NCBI GenBank assembly: GCA_038824665.1
Contig: JAWBBK010000001.1
Coordinates: 192,001-256,000 of the forward strand
Length of the DNA: 64,000 nucleotides
DNA from: Acidilobaceae archaeon
GTDB taxonomy: Archaea > Thermoproteota > Thermoprotei_A > Sulfolobales > Acidilobaceae
Direction: 5' to 3'
The position numbers and the translations under genes were made by a program. The notes beneath the pieces were generated by a model. That model had not been told where the DNA came from. It saw only the letters and a list, made by a program, of their open reading frames with translations, and made no database searches. The first letter of the stretch is position 1. Each line of letters starts with the position of its first letter. Of the stretch, positions 1 to 10,417 are shown one piece after another.

Positions 1-608
1 ACGATCCCGGCGGCTGTTGGTTTGGCCAAGTGGAAGGGTAGCAAAGACCCAGCGAGAACACCGAGTCCGGCACAGGCAGTCAGATAGATTGTTCCGCAGA
101 GGTGTAGGAGAGCTATGTTGCTATAATTCATATCTTCGTGGACTCCGAAAAGCCTATAGAGCAGAAAGCTCAGAGCAAAAGAGACCACAGTCATTAGCGA
201 GAGCAAGATCAGAAGAGCGAAGAACCTAGTAAGTAGGAGTCTCTTTCTAGAAATGGGAAGAGAGAGGTGTAGGGCACCACTCTTTTCGAGAACATCGTCA
301 ACTATGATGCCAGCTCCTAAATAGGCTGCAAAAGCTCCTAAAGCTATGACATACATTAAAACGAAGTACTCTAATGAGTAGAAGGCTTCAGGCGTTAAGA
401 CTTGAGGAACACCTTTGCCGAAAAGCTTTATGAAATCTTCTGGAAACTCTCTAAGTATCTGTTCGTAGTACTCTCTTAGCTCAGAGACCCCCTTACTCCA
501 AGCCCAGGCAACGAGTCCTATGTAGAGAGAAACTATTATCGTCCAGCCGACGAGAGACCTCTTCTTGAGTTCCAACTCATATCTCAACATGCTGAGCAAC
601 GAGTTCAC
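1..608 (-). CDS. ABC-2 type transporter permease (3' end runs off the window)
   Basis: Hand translation from GTG at 608 (GTGA overlap with the ATPase stop) gives MNSLLSMLRYELELKKRSLVGWTIIVSLYIGLVAWAW..., with hydrophobic segments; lies directly downstream of an ABC ATPase. Confidence 0.8.
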   Translation of the reverse strand, partial: MNSLLSMLRYELELKKRSLVGWTIIVSLYIGLVAWAWSKGVSELREYYEQILREFPEDFIKLFGKGVPQVLTPEAFYSLEYFVLMYVIALGAFAAYLGAGIIVDDVLEKSGALHLSLPISRKRLLLTRFFALLILLSLMTVVSFALSFLLYRLFGVHEDMNYSNIALLHLCGTIYLTACAGLGVLAGSLLPFHLAKPTAAGI

Positions 609-1495
609 CTCTCGTAGAAGTGTAGGAAGAGTTCTTCTAAAGTTATGTTCCTCACCTCTATGTCTTCAATGTGGTGTTCTGCAAGGACTTCCAGAACTTG
701 TGAGTAGCCACTCCTTACTATCATCTCTACCTCTCTACCGTCTCCTAAGACTCTTACTTTGACTACGCCAACTTCTCCCTCTAGTTTTCTAGGACTCAGG
801 GGCTCTCTCAGTAGCGCCTTTATGATTTTACCTGACTTCGAGAGGATAGAGTTAAGGCTTTCAAGAGCTATGATCTTGCCTCCTTTGATCAAACAGACTC
901 GATCGGCTACTTTCTGGACTTCGCTGAGCACGTGAGAAGAGAGAAACACGGTTTTGCCTTTTTGGACTTCGTTCTTCAAGAAAGTCAAGAACCTGTCTCT
1001 CATTAATGGGTCAAGTCCTGTAGTTGGTTCGTCTAATATTACGACCTCAGGGTCGTGCATGAAGGTTAGAATTATAAGTAACGTCTGTCTCATACCTTTA
1101 GAGTACTCCTCTATCCTTTTGTTCAAGTCTAAGGGGAACAGGCTTAGAAGTTCATCAAGTCTAGGAGCTCCTCCTCTTATATTTGCGAAATGCTTAACGA
1201 TCTCCCTACCTCTTAGACCTCTAGGAAAACCAAACTCCTCAGGTAAAAAGCCTAGACGGGCTTTAATCTCAGCCATTCTAGAGTCGTCTCTAGAGTCTAC
1301 TCCCAAGACCAAAGCTCTGCCTCGAGTAGGTCTTAAAAGTCCTAGCAAGAGTCTGATCGTGGTGGTCTTTCCTGCTCCGTTTGGACCTAGATAACCAAAC
1401 ACCTCTCCTTTTCTAACGGAAAAGCTTACATCTTCTACGCCGAGTCTCTCGTTGTAATACTTGGTCAGACCTTCAGCGACTATAACTTCGTTCAG
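605..1495 (-). CDS. ABC transporter ATP-binding protein
   Basis: Walker A GPNGAGKTT, signature YSKGM, Walker B ILDEP, H-loop SSH. The frame extends upstream to CTG at 1495 (NEVIVAEGLTKYY), behind SD GAGGTGA. Confidence 0.92.
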   Translation of the reverse strand: MNEVIVAEGLTKYYNERLGVEDVSFSVRKGEVFGYLGPNGAGKTTTIRLLLGLLRPTRGRALVLGVDSRDDSRMAEIKARLGFLPEEFGFPRGLRGREIVKHFANIRGGAPRLDELLSLFPLDLNKRIEEYSKGMRQTLLIILTFMHDPEVVILDEPTTGLDPLMRDRFLTFLKNEVQKGKTVFLSSHVLSEVQKVADRVCLIKGGKIIALESLNSILSKSGKIIKALLREPLSPRKLEGEVGVVKVRVLGDGREVEMIVRSGYSQVLEVLAEHHIEDIEVRNITLEELFLHFYER

Positions 1496-1627
1496 TACAG
1501 CTCACCTCTTTTTCTAGAAAACGGAAGTTTTTATCGGAAAAGTTTTTCGAATTTTGTAGCAAACCTATGGATGTTAAATCTTATTATATGGTTGTCTTAT
1601 ACAGTACCATCACAAATTAAATTTTTT

Positions 1628-1642
1628 CGTTAATAATTAACG
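1628..1642. promoter_or_regulatory. Palindromic operator candidate CGTTAAT-A-ATTAACG
   Basis: Perfect 7-bp inverted repeat immediately 5' of the TATA-like TTTAAAAA in an AT-rich divergent intergenic region. Confidence 0.4.
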
Positions 1643-1689
1643 TTTAAAAACTTAAGAAACAATTGGATTAGCGAAGCAGTGACCTAATT

Positions 1690-4192
1690 ATGTCCATTAA
1701 GTTAAGCAGAAGAGACTTCGTAAAGCTAGCCGCTCTTGCAGGCGTTGCCGCTTCTGTTCCTCTTGTTCATAGGGCTATCGAAAAGAAAGTTGAAGAGCCT
1801 GTATCTCTGAGTCCTGAGACCTCTGTCAGGTTTGTCAACACGTATTGCTATATGTGTGCAGCTCTCTGCGCGTTCGCATAGCTGTGAGAGATGGAAAGCC
1901 GATTTATGTGACTCGCAACGAAGAGAATCCACAGCCTGGAATATGCGGTAGAGGAGCGTTAGCCACGTGGTTATGGAACCATCCGCTTAGGATCAGAAAG
2001 CCTCTGAAAAGAGTAGGTGAGAGAGGAGAAGGTAAGTTCCAGGAGATATCTTGGGAACAGGCTCTTGACGAGATAGCTGCAAAGCTAAAAGAGATAGCTG
2101 AAAAATATGGACCTAAAGCGATAGCTTTCACCTGGCACGAACACGGATTAGATTATGTGCCTCTTTTCAGATTCGCGTTAGGTACTCCCAGCTTTACAAA
2201 CCATATTGGGACATGTAATAACAACTGAACACTCTAGCTAGGAGAGCTTGTCTAGCGGCTGGAGGTCCCCCTACAGTAGAGCCTGACCTTAAGAATGCCA
2301 GCTATTTACTTTTAGTAGGCAGAACCTATACTACAGCTAACATGGGTCACGTAAGCTGGCTTAGGTCTAACGATAAGGTCAGAGTAGTTTACGTTGGTCC
2401 CAGAATGGCTGAAATAGCTTTCGGAGATGTGGAGTGGGTTCCAATAAAGCCAGCTACAGATGTGGCTTTCGTTTTAAGTTTAATTCATGTCATTATAGAG
2501 GAAGGTCTATATGATGCAGATTTCTTGAAGAAGTACACCAATGCTCCCTTCTTGATAAAGCCCGACGGAAGACCTCTAGTAGAAGCGGATATTAGAGAAG
2601 GAGGCGGGACAGCTGTCTACTTGGTCTACGACAACAGAACGAGGACCTTAGAAGATCACACTAAGGCTGTAGACCCCAGCCTCACCTATTCTGGAAAAGT
2701 GACTCTAAGAGATGGAACAGAGATAACTGTAACCACAGCTTTCAATCTGTTGAGAGAAAGAGCCGCTAAGTATAAGCCAGAAGAAGCTGAGAAGATAACT
2801 GGAGTTCCCGCTACCACTATAAGAAGAATAGCTAGAGAATTTGCTCTCTATAGAGGAGTAGCGGACGACACTTGGTACATAAGCAAAAACGGTAACGATT
2901 ATGATGACGTTAGAGCTATACTTGTGTTGAACGCGCTTGTTGACAACATCGACAAGCCTGGAGGTCTATGCTATGCAGAGTCAGCAAGGTTTCCATCAAT
3001 AATTACGGTCAGAACTATTGGGGGCAAGAGATATGCTGAGACTGTTTACGGTGCTAGGATGCCAGAGGAGCTTTTTGGAGACGTTGGAGCGCTAAGGGTT
3101 GACAGAGCTAAATACAGACTCACTGTTTCATCATTCGACGCAGTATTAGACGCTATAATCAGAGAAGACCCCTATCCGATCAAGGCTCTCTTCCTGATAG
3201 GGACCTCACCCATAATGAGAGACATGAACACAAAGAAGGTTATAGAGGCCTATAACAAGCTCGAGCTACTGGTTGTGATTGACGTATTACCTCAAGACGA
3301 TGTTGACTACGCAGACTACGTGCTTCCCGACACAATATTCCTCGAAAGAGACGAGATAACGTCAACCAAGTGGACTTTACACGCTTCTGTCCAGGTTCAG
3401 AACAAGGCTATAGATCCTCCTGAAGGTTATGACGTTAGAGACGCTCTCTGGATAATTTTTGAAATAGCTAGAAGGGCGTTTCCAGAAAGAGCTTCAGCTT
3501 TGGGCTGGAGCGAAGCATATGCTGACTACAAGAGATACGAGGAAGAGTTTTTACACAAGCTGGACGAGAGCATAATATCCAGACTTGCAACCGCTTGGGG
3601 ACTAAGTGTAGAGACTTTGGTGAGAGAGCTTAGCGATAAAGGGTACTACGTGCTCAAGAGGAAGGAATACTGCGTTAGACCATATAGAACGGCTTTAGGT
3701 ACTCCTAGCGGGAAGGTAGAGATCTATTCCCTAACGGCTCTAGCTAACGGACTAGACCCGCTTCCAGACTATAGACCGCCTCCAGCATATACTTTGCCCA
3801 CAGCGCCCGATGAGTTCTACTTGGTGAACGGAAAGGGTCCGCTGACTTCTGTCCACGCTAGTTTGATGGAACCCATGAAGTACTTAGGAGACAGAAGCGT
3901 ATGGATGAATCCCAAGGACGCCGAGAGGCTAGGGATAAGAGATGGAGACCTCGTAGAACTTGAGGGAATAGATACTAATGTCGAGTCGGTGGCTAGAGTT
4001 AAAGTCACTAACAGGGTTAGAGAGAAGGTGTTGTTCGTATACTCTCAGACAGGGAGCAGGAGGTCCAGACTGTTGCCACAGAACCACTTTTCAAGAGAAG
4101 GCATCAACCCTAACTCGTTCGCTAAGGGCTATGTCATTCCAATCGTCGGAGGAGCTACGTCTAATAGTAGCGTAAGGGTGAGGAAGCTATGA
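1690..4192 (+). pseudogene. Molybdopterin oxidoreductase catalytic subunit (PsrA/PhsA/SreA-like), frameshifted
   Basis: TAT signal SRRDFVK, CYMCAALC Fe-S motif, PLRIRKPLKR, C-terminal MNPKDAERLGI. The frame is split at about 1871 and about 2220-2228. Confidence 0.85.
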
Positions 4193-4503
4193 GGCTCGCA
4201 TACCTTTGGGACTCAACTAAGTGCATAGGTTGTATGGCGTGCGTGGTGGCCTGTCCCTACAACGCTAGATGGGTACACCCATCAACTTTAGTTCCAGAGA
4301 AGTGTCCAGGCCCTACATGTATTGGCATTATAAAAGAAGGCGAGAAGTCTATATGTGTCAGCGTATGTCCAGCTAACGCCAGAGACTTCGGTGACATAGA
4401 TGACCCTAAGAGCAGTATAAGCGTTAAGATATTTAGAAACAAGACGGAGAGACCTCTAGAGCCGCTAGGAACAGAACCCAAATACTTTATAGTTTTGGGG
4501 TGA
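4189..4503 (+). CDS. PsrB/NrfC-like Fe-S subunit with internal deletion (probably non-functional)
   Basis: CIGCMACVVACP ... C..C...CVSVCPANARDFGD, ending GTEPKYF; only 104 aa. Confidence 0.75.
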   Translation: MRLAYLWDSTKCIGCMACVVACPYNARWVHPSTLVPEKCPGPTCIGIIKEGEKSICVSVCPANARDFGDIDDPKSSISVKIFRNKTERPLEPLGTEPKYFIVLG

Positions 4504-4509
4504 GGCCAG

Positions 4510-5649
4510 GTGAAGAGAGCTACGATCACGGTTTTGTCGTTGTTGACCATCATAGTAGGCTTAGCGCTCATAGCTATAGGCTTTACCAAGAAGACTGTTC
4601 ACGAAGTGTCTTGGGGTTTCCTAATAGTAGGGTATACAATGTTCGCTTTGATGGCCTCCGGCTCGACTGTAGTCAACAGCATCTATGCTCTCTTCGGCTA
4701 TAAGGGACCTAAGGAGGAACTTGCGAGTTCCATAAAGCTGGGTGTGTTGTTCTCTATAGCGGCTCTAGTGCCTGGGCTCTTAACTATAGCCGCCGACGTG
4801 AGTAGACCTTGGGACTTCTGGAAGATCTACGTATACTTTAACGTTGATTCCAACATAGCCTGGATGGTCGTATTATATACCATATTGATGGCGCTACTGG
4901 TCGTGGAACTGGTGTTATTCATTAGAACGGGCTCAGTCGAGCTAACGGGGTCTTTGAAATGGATCAAACCTGTGGTCGCAACTCTAGCTTTGATAACTAC
5001 ATTGCTCGCTTCCAGCAACTTAGCTCAAGTTTTTGGATCGTTGATCTCAGTCCCAGGATGGCATGGTCTACTAGCGCCATACTTCATAACTGTAGCAATA
5101 TTACTAGGAGCCTCTGGTCAGGCTCTGTTTGTAACGTTAACTCTAAGAGATAGGACTGAGATAGTGCGGTTCTTAGCGAGGTACTATGGATTCATATTGA
5201 CGTTAGCACTCCCTGTCCTGGCGTTCTTCTTGTTCTGGAACATAGTGTTAGCTCGACGTAGTGTGGCCTGACTGACCTACAGCGAGATAGTCACAGGCAC
5301 ATATTCTTTAGGGTTCTGGGGCATCGTAGTGACCTTAGGAGTAGCGGTTCCGTTCGTCTTGGCCTTCTACTCTTTCGTAACGAGCAGATACGCAACTGTA
5401 GCTTTAGCGTCGGTTCTTGTGCTTATTGCGTTACTGTACAACATGTACCTCCAGATCATAGTGCATCAACTCAAAGCTTACGAGCCTCTAGCTAACGTGA
5501 TCAGAGAGGTCAGCTATTCTCTATCTAGTAGCGAAGTGATGGTGATGTTAGGCTCTATAATAATATGGCCATCACTATATGTCCTGGCTCTACAGCTGTT
5601 GCCGCTGATGTCAGAAGAAAAGCCATCTAGATTATATATCTTTAAATAG
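4510..5649 (+). pseudogene. PsrC/NrfD-type membrane anchor, interrupted by an in-frame TGA at 5269-5271
   Basis: NrfD features (SWGFLIVGY, ADVSRPWDFW, SNIAW). ORFs 4510-5271 and 5329-5649 share one frame and read VA*LTYSEIVTG across the stop. Confidence 0.85.
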
Positions 5650-5747
5650 AGAGTAGTCTTGTGTTCAACTCTTCTCTCCCTTTCTTTTTTTACATCATCT
5701 CTTGTAACTCCTGTTTACATCCTCAAGTTCAGTAACGGAATGCATAG

Positions 5748-5823
5748 CGGGCCCGCCGGGATTTGAACCCGGGACCTCCGGCTCCGGAGGCCGGCGCTCT
5801 AGTCCTGGCTGAGCTACGGGCCC
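5748..5823 (-). tRNA. tRNA-Arg(CCG)
   Basis: GGGCCCGTAGCTCAGCCAGGACTAGAGCG-CCGGC-CT CCG GA-GCCGG-AGGTCCCGGGTTCAAATCCCGGCGGGCCCG folds as a cloverleaf; CCA not encoded. Confidence 0.95.
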
Positions 5824-5900
5824 TCTCCTTCTTACAGAAAGGTGGTTTTTTATCAATACTTTTTTATGGTGTCACCGAGGAGATCTCCCCTCTACTTTCG

Positions 5901-5922
5901 CTCCTTCTTTTTCCTCTGGAGC
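5901..5922 (-). promoter_or_regulatory. ORB-like (Orc1/Cdc6 binding) element
   Basis: GCTCCAGAGGAAAAAGAAGGAG resembles the crenarchaeal ORB core TCCANNGGAAA plus a G-rich tail, about 12 bp before the cdc6 ATG. Confidence 0.5.
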
Positions 5923-5933
5923 CGGTGGCTCTT

Positions 5934-7175
5934 ATGGAAGCTATAGACGAGATCTTCAAATCAGCATTGAGGTCGAAGATCTTTAGAGATAGAGAGAAAC
6001 TCCTTCCAGACTACGTTCCTGAAGCTCTTCCTCATAGAGATGCAGAGATCAGAAAGGTGGCTTCTGTTCTGGCTCCTGCTCTCAGAGGCGAGAAGCCTAG
6101 CAATCTCTTCATCTACGGGCTTACTGGAACCGGCAAAACGGCTGTGGTTAGACTTGTGACCAGCAGACTAGAGCAGTCCGCTAAAGAAGCAGGGTCGAAA
6201 CTTAAGAGCGTATACGTCAATGTAAGATATAGAGATACCCCTTATAGGGTTCTCGCCGATATAGCCGAAAGCGTAGGAGTCAGGATACCCTTTACTGGAA
6301 TATCTACTAGCGAGGTGTTCGATAGGATAATAAAGAGAGTAAGCGGGTCTGGCTATGTCTACATTATAGTTTTAGATGAGATAGACTTCTTGGTGAAAAA
6401 ATACGGCGACGACCTTCTTTACAAGCTCACTAGAGTTAACAGCCAGTTGCTAGAGGCTAAGGTCTCCCTTATAGGTATAACCAACAGCGTAGACTTCGTT
6501 GAAAGCGTGGACCCTAGAGTCAAGAGCAGTCTAAGCGAAGTCGAGATAGTGTTCCCTCCATACAACGCTGAACAACTTAAAGACATACTGGAAGCTAGAG
6601 CAAGAGAGGCTTTTGTTCCTGGAGCTCTCGATAACGAAGTCATACCGTTATGTGCTGCTCTTGCAGCCAGAGAGCACGGAGATGCTAGAAGAGCTCTAGA
6701 CCTTCTTCGGGTAGCTGGAGAAATAGCTGAAAGGAGAGGAGACGATAAGGTCACAAAAGAGCATGTGATGATGGCAAGAGAGGAAATAGAAAGAGATAGA
6801 GTTGCAGACGTGTTAAGAGTGCTTCCTCTTCACAGCAAGCTCGTGGTCTTAGCCGTAGTCTCAGCTACAGGAGGCGGTCTCAGTTACACGACGACAGGAG
6901 AGGTTTATGATGTATACAGAAAATTGACCCATAAGCTCGGTATAGAGACGGTTACTCTAAGGAGGGTTAGCGGGATTTTAGCGGAGTTAGATATGATAGG
7001 CCTAGTAGCTGGAAGAGTGGTCAGCAGAGGCAGATACGGAAAGACGAGAGTGATAGAGTTGAGAGCAGATGTACCTCTTGTGCTTAAGACCCTTGCTGAA
7101 GATCTAATGCTAGAAGAAGTAGTGGAGAACATTGCAAGAGAGACTCTCGGAAAACGCAGTGATAGCGTGCGATGA
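5934..7175 (+). CDS. cdc6: Orc1/Cdc6 replication initiator
   Basis: [13 protein letters not shown], Walker [27 protein letters not shown]-terminal w[14 protein letters not shown] 5934 chosen because the longer ORF overlaps the tRNA. Confidence 0.95.
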   Translation: MEAIDEIFKSALRSKIFRDREKLLPDYVPEALPHRDAEIRKVASVLAPALRGEKPSNLFIYGLTGTGKTAVVRLVTSRLEQSAKEAGSKLKSVYVNVRYRDTPYRVLADIAESVGVRIPFTGISTSEVFDRIIKRVSGSGYVYIIVLDEIDFLVKKYGDDLLYKLTRVNSQLLEAKVSLIGITNSVDFVESVDPRVKSSLSEVEIVFPPYNAEQLKDILEARAREAFVPGALDNEVIPLCAALAAREHGDARRALDLLRVAGEIAERRGDDKVTKEHVMMAREEIERDRVADVLRVLPLHSKLVVLAVVSATGGGLSYTTTGEVYDVYRKLTHKLGIETVTLRRVSGILAELDMIGLVAGRVVSRGRYGKTRVIELRADVPLVLKTLAEDLMLEEVVENIARETLGKRSDSVR

Positions 7176-7725
7176 TGGAATAGTCGCTAAGTTCAGTCAG
7201 AAATGGGGAGTTCAAGCTTGTCTTCTCTGGCTTAGCGGACCTCTTGACGTCGAGGCAACTCTAGCTCCTATAGACGTTCTCGAATCTTCCTCTCTGGTGG
7301 CAGGTCTTTACTTGATGTTGACTCAACGTAATGGAGTAAGGCCAAGAGCGATATTGCTCGACTCTCTTACCACATTGGGTTTCAGCGTAGTATCCCCTTC
7401 GACTCTTTACAAACTCTTAGAGACCCCTGTGGTAGTGGTTTACAAATACAGACCTAGGCTGGAGAGACTCACTACAGCTCTCAAGAAGCACTTTGTTGAC
7501 TGGAGTTTGAGAGCTTCTGTTTTAAAGCTTCTCGAGAGAACAGTGAGGGTCGAAACGAAGAAAGGCGAGTTGTATCTAATAACGTGGGGGATCGAGATAG
7601 AGGAGGCGAGGAAACTCGTAGAGGAACTACAGAGACACTCAAGGGTTCCTGAGCCCTTAAGACTTGTTCACTCTATAGCTTCAGAACTCACTAGGCTTGT
7701 CTTACGGTCAGAACTCTCTTCATGA
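7132..7725 (+). CDS. DUF99 / endonuclease dU family protein
   Basis: [12 protein letters not shown] and [10 protein letters not shown] motifs. Confidence 0.75.
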   Translation: MQERLSENAVIACDDGIVAKFSQKWGVQACLLWLSGPLDVEATLAPIDVLESSSLVAGLYLMLTQRNGVRPRAILLDSLTTLGFSVVSPSTLYKLLETPVVVVYKYRPRLERLTTALKKHFVDWSLRASVLKLLERTVRVETKKGELYLITWGIEIEEARKLVEELQRHSRVPEPLRLVHSIASELTRLVLRSELSS

Positions 7726-7771
7726 AGAGCTAAAGGGACTACGCTAACAAAGTTGTTTTAAGGTGTAGAGC

Positions 7772-7957
7772 GTGGTAAACTTCGGGTCAATCGGACTACC
7801 TGAATTGTTGGTAATCTTGCTGATAATACTGATCGTTGTAGGTCCCGCTAAGCTTCCTGAGCTAGCTAGAGCTCTAGGAGCTTCTATCAGAGAGTTCAGA
7901 GAAGCAGTAAGCGGAGAAGAAGAACATAAAAGAGAGAAAGTTGAGTCTAAACATTAG
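7772..7957 (+). CDS. tatA: Twin-arginine translocase TatA
   Basis: [30 protein letters not shown]. Confidence 0.92.
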   Translation: MVNFGSIGLPELLVILLIILIVVGPAKLPELARALGASIREFREAVSGEEEHKREKVESKH

Positions 7958-7969
7958 CGGCGAAAGCTG

Positions 7970-8371
7970 TTGAACGTAAAGCTCAAAGTAGTAGAAGGCT
8001 ATATTTATTCAGAACTAGGCGAGTCAAGAAAGGCTTTTATCAAGTTCTCAATAGACAACAGTAGACTCTATGTGATCTCTACGTTTGTACCAGAAGAGCA
8101 TAGAGGCAAGGGAGTAGCGACTGAGCTCATGTTTAAGCTTTTAGAGTTCGCTACTACTAACGGGCTCGAGATCGTTCCTTTATGTTCTTACGCTGTGAGC
8201 TTCTTTATCAAAAACAGAGAGAAGAGAGCTCTCTTAGCGAGTCCCTTTAAGAACATGAGCGATGAGGAGCTCAGCAGTTACTATGAGAAAAGGCTTAGAG
8301 AAGAAGAGACTAGAAGAAGCCTGAGACTCGAAGAGGAAAGAGGAACAGAGTTTAACTGCCCTATTTGCTAA
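7970..8371 (+). CDS. GNAT N-acetyltransferase (YjdJ-like)
   Basis: TFVPEEHRGKGVA and IVPLCSY motifs. Confidence 0.85.
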   Translation: MNVKLKVVEGYIYSELGESRKAFIKFSIDNSRLYVISTFVPEEHRGKGVATELMFKLLEFATTNGLEIVPLCSYAVSFFIKNREKRALLASPFKNMSDEELSSYYEKRLREEETRRSLRLEEERGTEFNCPIC

Positions 8372-8386
8372 TAAGGTGTTTCCTTA

Positions 8387-9526
8387 TTGATCGAGAGGGT
8401 TCTGTTGGCGTTTCTACTCCTCAGCTTAGTCTCTTTATTTGCTGACATAACCTATGAGGGAGGTAGATCTATTTCAGGTAGCTTTCTCAAAAGCTTAGAA
8501 GCTCCTGTAATAGCTACCTCGATCCTCGCGTTTGGAGAGCTTCTCTCATACGCTTTTAGACTAGCTGGAGGACTTATTGCCTACAGGCTAGCGTCCATTA
8601 GAGTTTACTGGACTCTTATAGCGCTCGGCTACGGGCTGAACGTAGCTGTGCCTCTTCTAGCTTTAGCGACAGACTGGAGGCTAGCTCTTCTGTTGTTCCT
8701 TTTAGAGAGAGCAGGTAAAGGCATCAGAACCCCTATAAGAGACGCAGTGATCGCAGAGATCACAGAAGGAATAGGCAGAGGCAAAGCCTTTGCAATTCAT
8801 GAGGTCTTAGACCAAATAGGAGGAGTAGTAGGTCCTCTCACAGTCTCTCTAGCTATTGCTTGGAGCGATGGGAGCTATAAAATAGCCTATGGGATTTTAG
8901 CGGTTCCTTTCGTAGTCTCTATGTTCGCTTTACAATTAGCCTGGAGAGTCTACAGACCAAGAAGCTCGATAGAGAAGCTAAGGAGAGAGTCGGAAAACTC
9001 AGAAGTCTTGAACAAATCGGTTCTGTTTTTGATATTTGTTCTCTTTTTAGGAGCAGGCTTTCTTCACTGGTCTCAGGCTTCTTATAGACTCAAAGAGCTA
9101 GGGCTAGAGGATTTTGAGATAGCGTGGCTCTACGCTCTAGCTATGCTCTGTGACGGGCTTGTAGCGATCCCTCTAGGTCTGACCTTTGACCGTTTAGGTC
9201 TACGTAGCCTCTTGGTCATACCTGTAGCGGTCGTCCTCTCAGGGGTAGCGTTTGCGTTCAACTCGTCTTTGTTTTTCGCTCTACTCTGGGGGACGGCTAT
9301 GAGTTCTCTAGAGACAATGCTAAAGGCTGCTGTTGCCTGTTTTAGCGAAGCCAGAGAGAGACCGCTTCTATACGCTCTGACCTATATATCTCTCGGAGCG
9401 GGTTGGGTTCTTGGAAACCTTTTTATGTCAATAATTGGAGTCAGTCTAGCTTACGTGTTTTTAGTAGAAGTCTTAGCTATTCTCGCTTTGATAGCGTTTA
9501 TTCGGAGAGTTCCAAACTCTTTTTGA
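8387..9526 (+). CDS. MFS transporter
   Basis: Many TM helices; ERAGKGIRTPIRD and GRGKAFAIHEVLDQIG motifs. Confidence 0.88.
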   Translation: MIERVLLAFLLLSLVSLFADITYEGGRSISGSFLKSLEAPVIATSILAFGELLSYAFRLAGGLIAYRLASIRVYWTLIALGYGLNVAVPLLALATDWRLALLLFLLERAGKGIRTPIRDAVIAEITEGIGRGKAFAIHEVLDQIGGVVGPLTVSLAIAWSDGSYKIAYGILAVPFVVSMFALQLAWRVYRPRSSIEKLRRESENSEVLNKSVLFLIFVLFLGAGFLHWSQASYRLKELGLEDFEIAWLYALAMLCDGLVAIPLGLTFDRLGLRSLLVIPVAVVLSGVAFAFNSSLFFALLWGTAMSSLETMLKAAVACFSEARERPLLYALTYISLGAGWVLGNLFMSIIGVSLAYVFLVEVLAILALIAFIRRVPNSF

Positions 9527-10376
9527 CAGCCTCTACAACTAGATCTGGTCTTGGAGTTTTGGGGAGCTCTCTCTTGTGTCGAGACCGCTCTATCATAGAG
9601 GTCACTCTTTTTACTAAATCGAGACTAAAGCCTGTTATCTCAGAGGTCACTTCTTCGCTCGCTTTTAGATCTACGTAAGAGAACAATATAGGGTCTATCA
9701 CCTCAAATGAAAGTCCGAGTTCTTCTTCAGCAGTATGTCCTTTCCATAGCCGAGGAGCGCTAGGCTTTGACGCTATCTTATCGGATACTCCAAGCTTTCT
9801 GGCTAACTCTCTTACTTGCGTTTTATACACTATAGCGAGAGGAGCGACGTCAGATGCTCCATCTCCATACTTTGTGAAGTATCCAAGAAGGAGTTCAGTC
9901 CTATCCGTAGCTCCTAACACCATCATCTCAAATCTATTCGCTAAATAGTATAGGATTGTCATTCTCACTCTAGCTTTGAGGTTACCTAAAGAGAGACGGT
10001 CTGGAACGCCTCCTAGTCTCTCTAGAACTCTAACGTAGATGTCAACTATAGGGTTCAGTTCTACTACAAGTAGCTTACCGCCTAAAGACTCAACTAGCTC
10101 GCGTGCGTCTTCCAAATCTTCAGGAGGTGTAGCTTCTACGTCAGGTATGATCACAGGAACTACTCTCTCAACTCCAACAGCTCTCACAGCTAACGCGTAA
10201 AGAGTAGAAGAGTCTACGCCTCCGCTCAACCCCACCACATAGCCTTTCTTCTCAGCTTTAGCTAGCGCTTCTCTGAGGAAGTTGGAGAGATAGTTGATCA
10301 AACTCTCGTAATCTGGAGCTCTCCTTAAGACCTCAGCTGTGAGTCTTTTCATAGAGATCGTCCGGTGAGAGGTCAT
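9498..10376 (-). CDS. nadE: NH3-dependent NAD+ synthetase
   Basis: GLSGGVDS, GNLKARVRM, GYFTKYGDG. Confidence 0.95.
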   Translation of the reverse strand: MTSHRTISMKRLTAEVLRRAPDYESLINYLSNFLREALAKAEKKGYVVGLSGGVDSSTLYALAVRAVGVERVVPVIIPDVEATPPEDLEDARELVESLGGKLLVVELNPIVDIYVRVLERLGGVPDRLSLGNLKARVRMTILYYLANRFEMMVLGATDRTELLLGYFTKYGDGASDVAPLAIVYKTQVRELARKLGVSDKIASKPSAPRLWKGHTAEEELGLSFEVIDPILFSYVDLKASEEVTSEITGFSLDLVKRVTSMIERSRHKRELPKTPRPDLVVEAVKKSLELSE

Positions 10377-10417
10377 CTCATCTTGAGGACTTAACGTTTA
10401 GCTGAAACTCTTTCTAG

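Noticed and set aside
954-1394. Long Ser-rich antisense ORFs (also 47182-47631, 52241-52720, 57366-57824 and similar)
   Set aside because: They lie opposite well-supported genes and have the composition of reverse-frame shadows.
2226-2228. TGA in the molybdoenzyme as a possible selenocysteine codon
   Set aside because: The same frame hits TAG three codons later and the protein continues in another frame, so this is a frameshift.
5269-5271. In-frame TGA in the NrfD subunit as recoding
   Set aside because: The context fits a Trp-to-stop mutation, and the other subunits are also broken.
5763-5933. N-terminal extension of Cdc6 in the ORF track
   Set aside because: It overlaps tRNA-Arg and promoter sequence; ATG 5934 gives a normal length.
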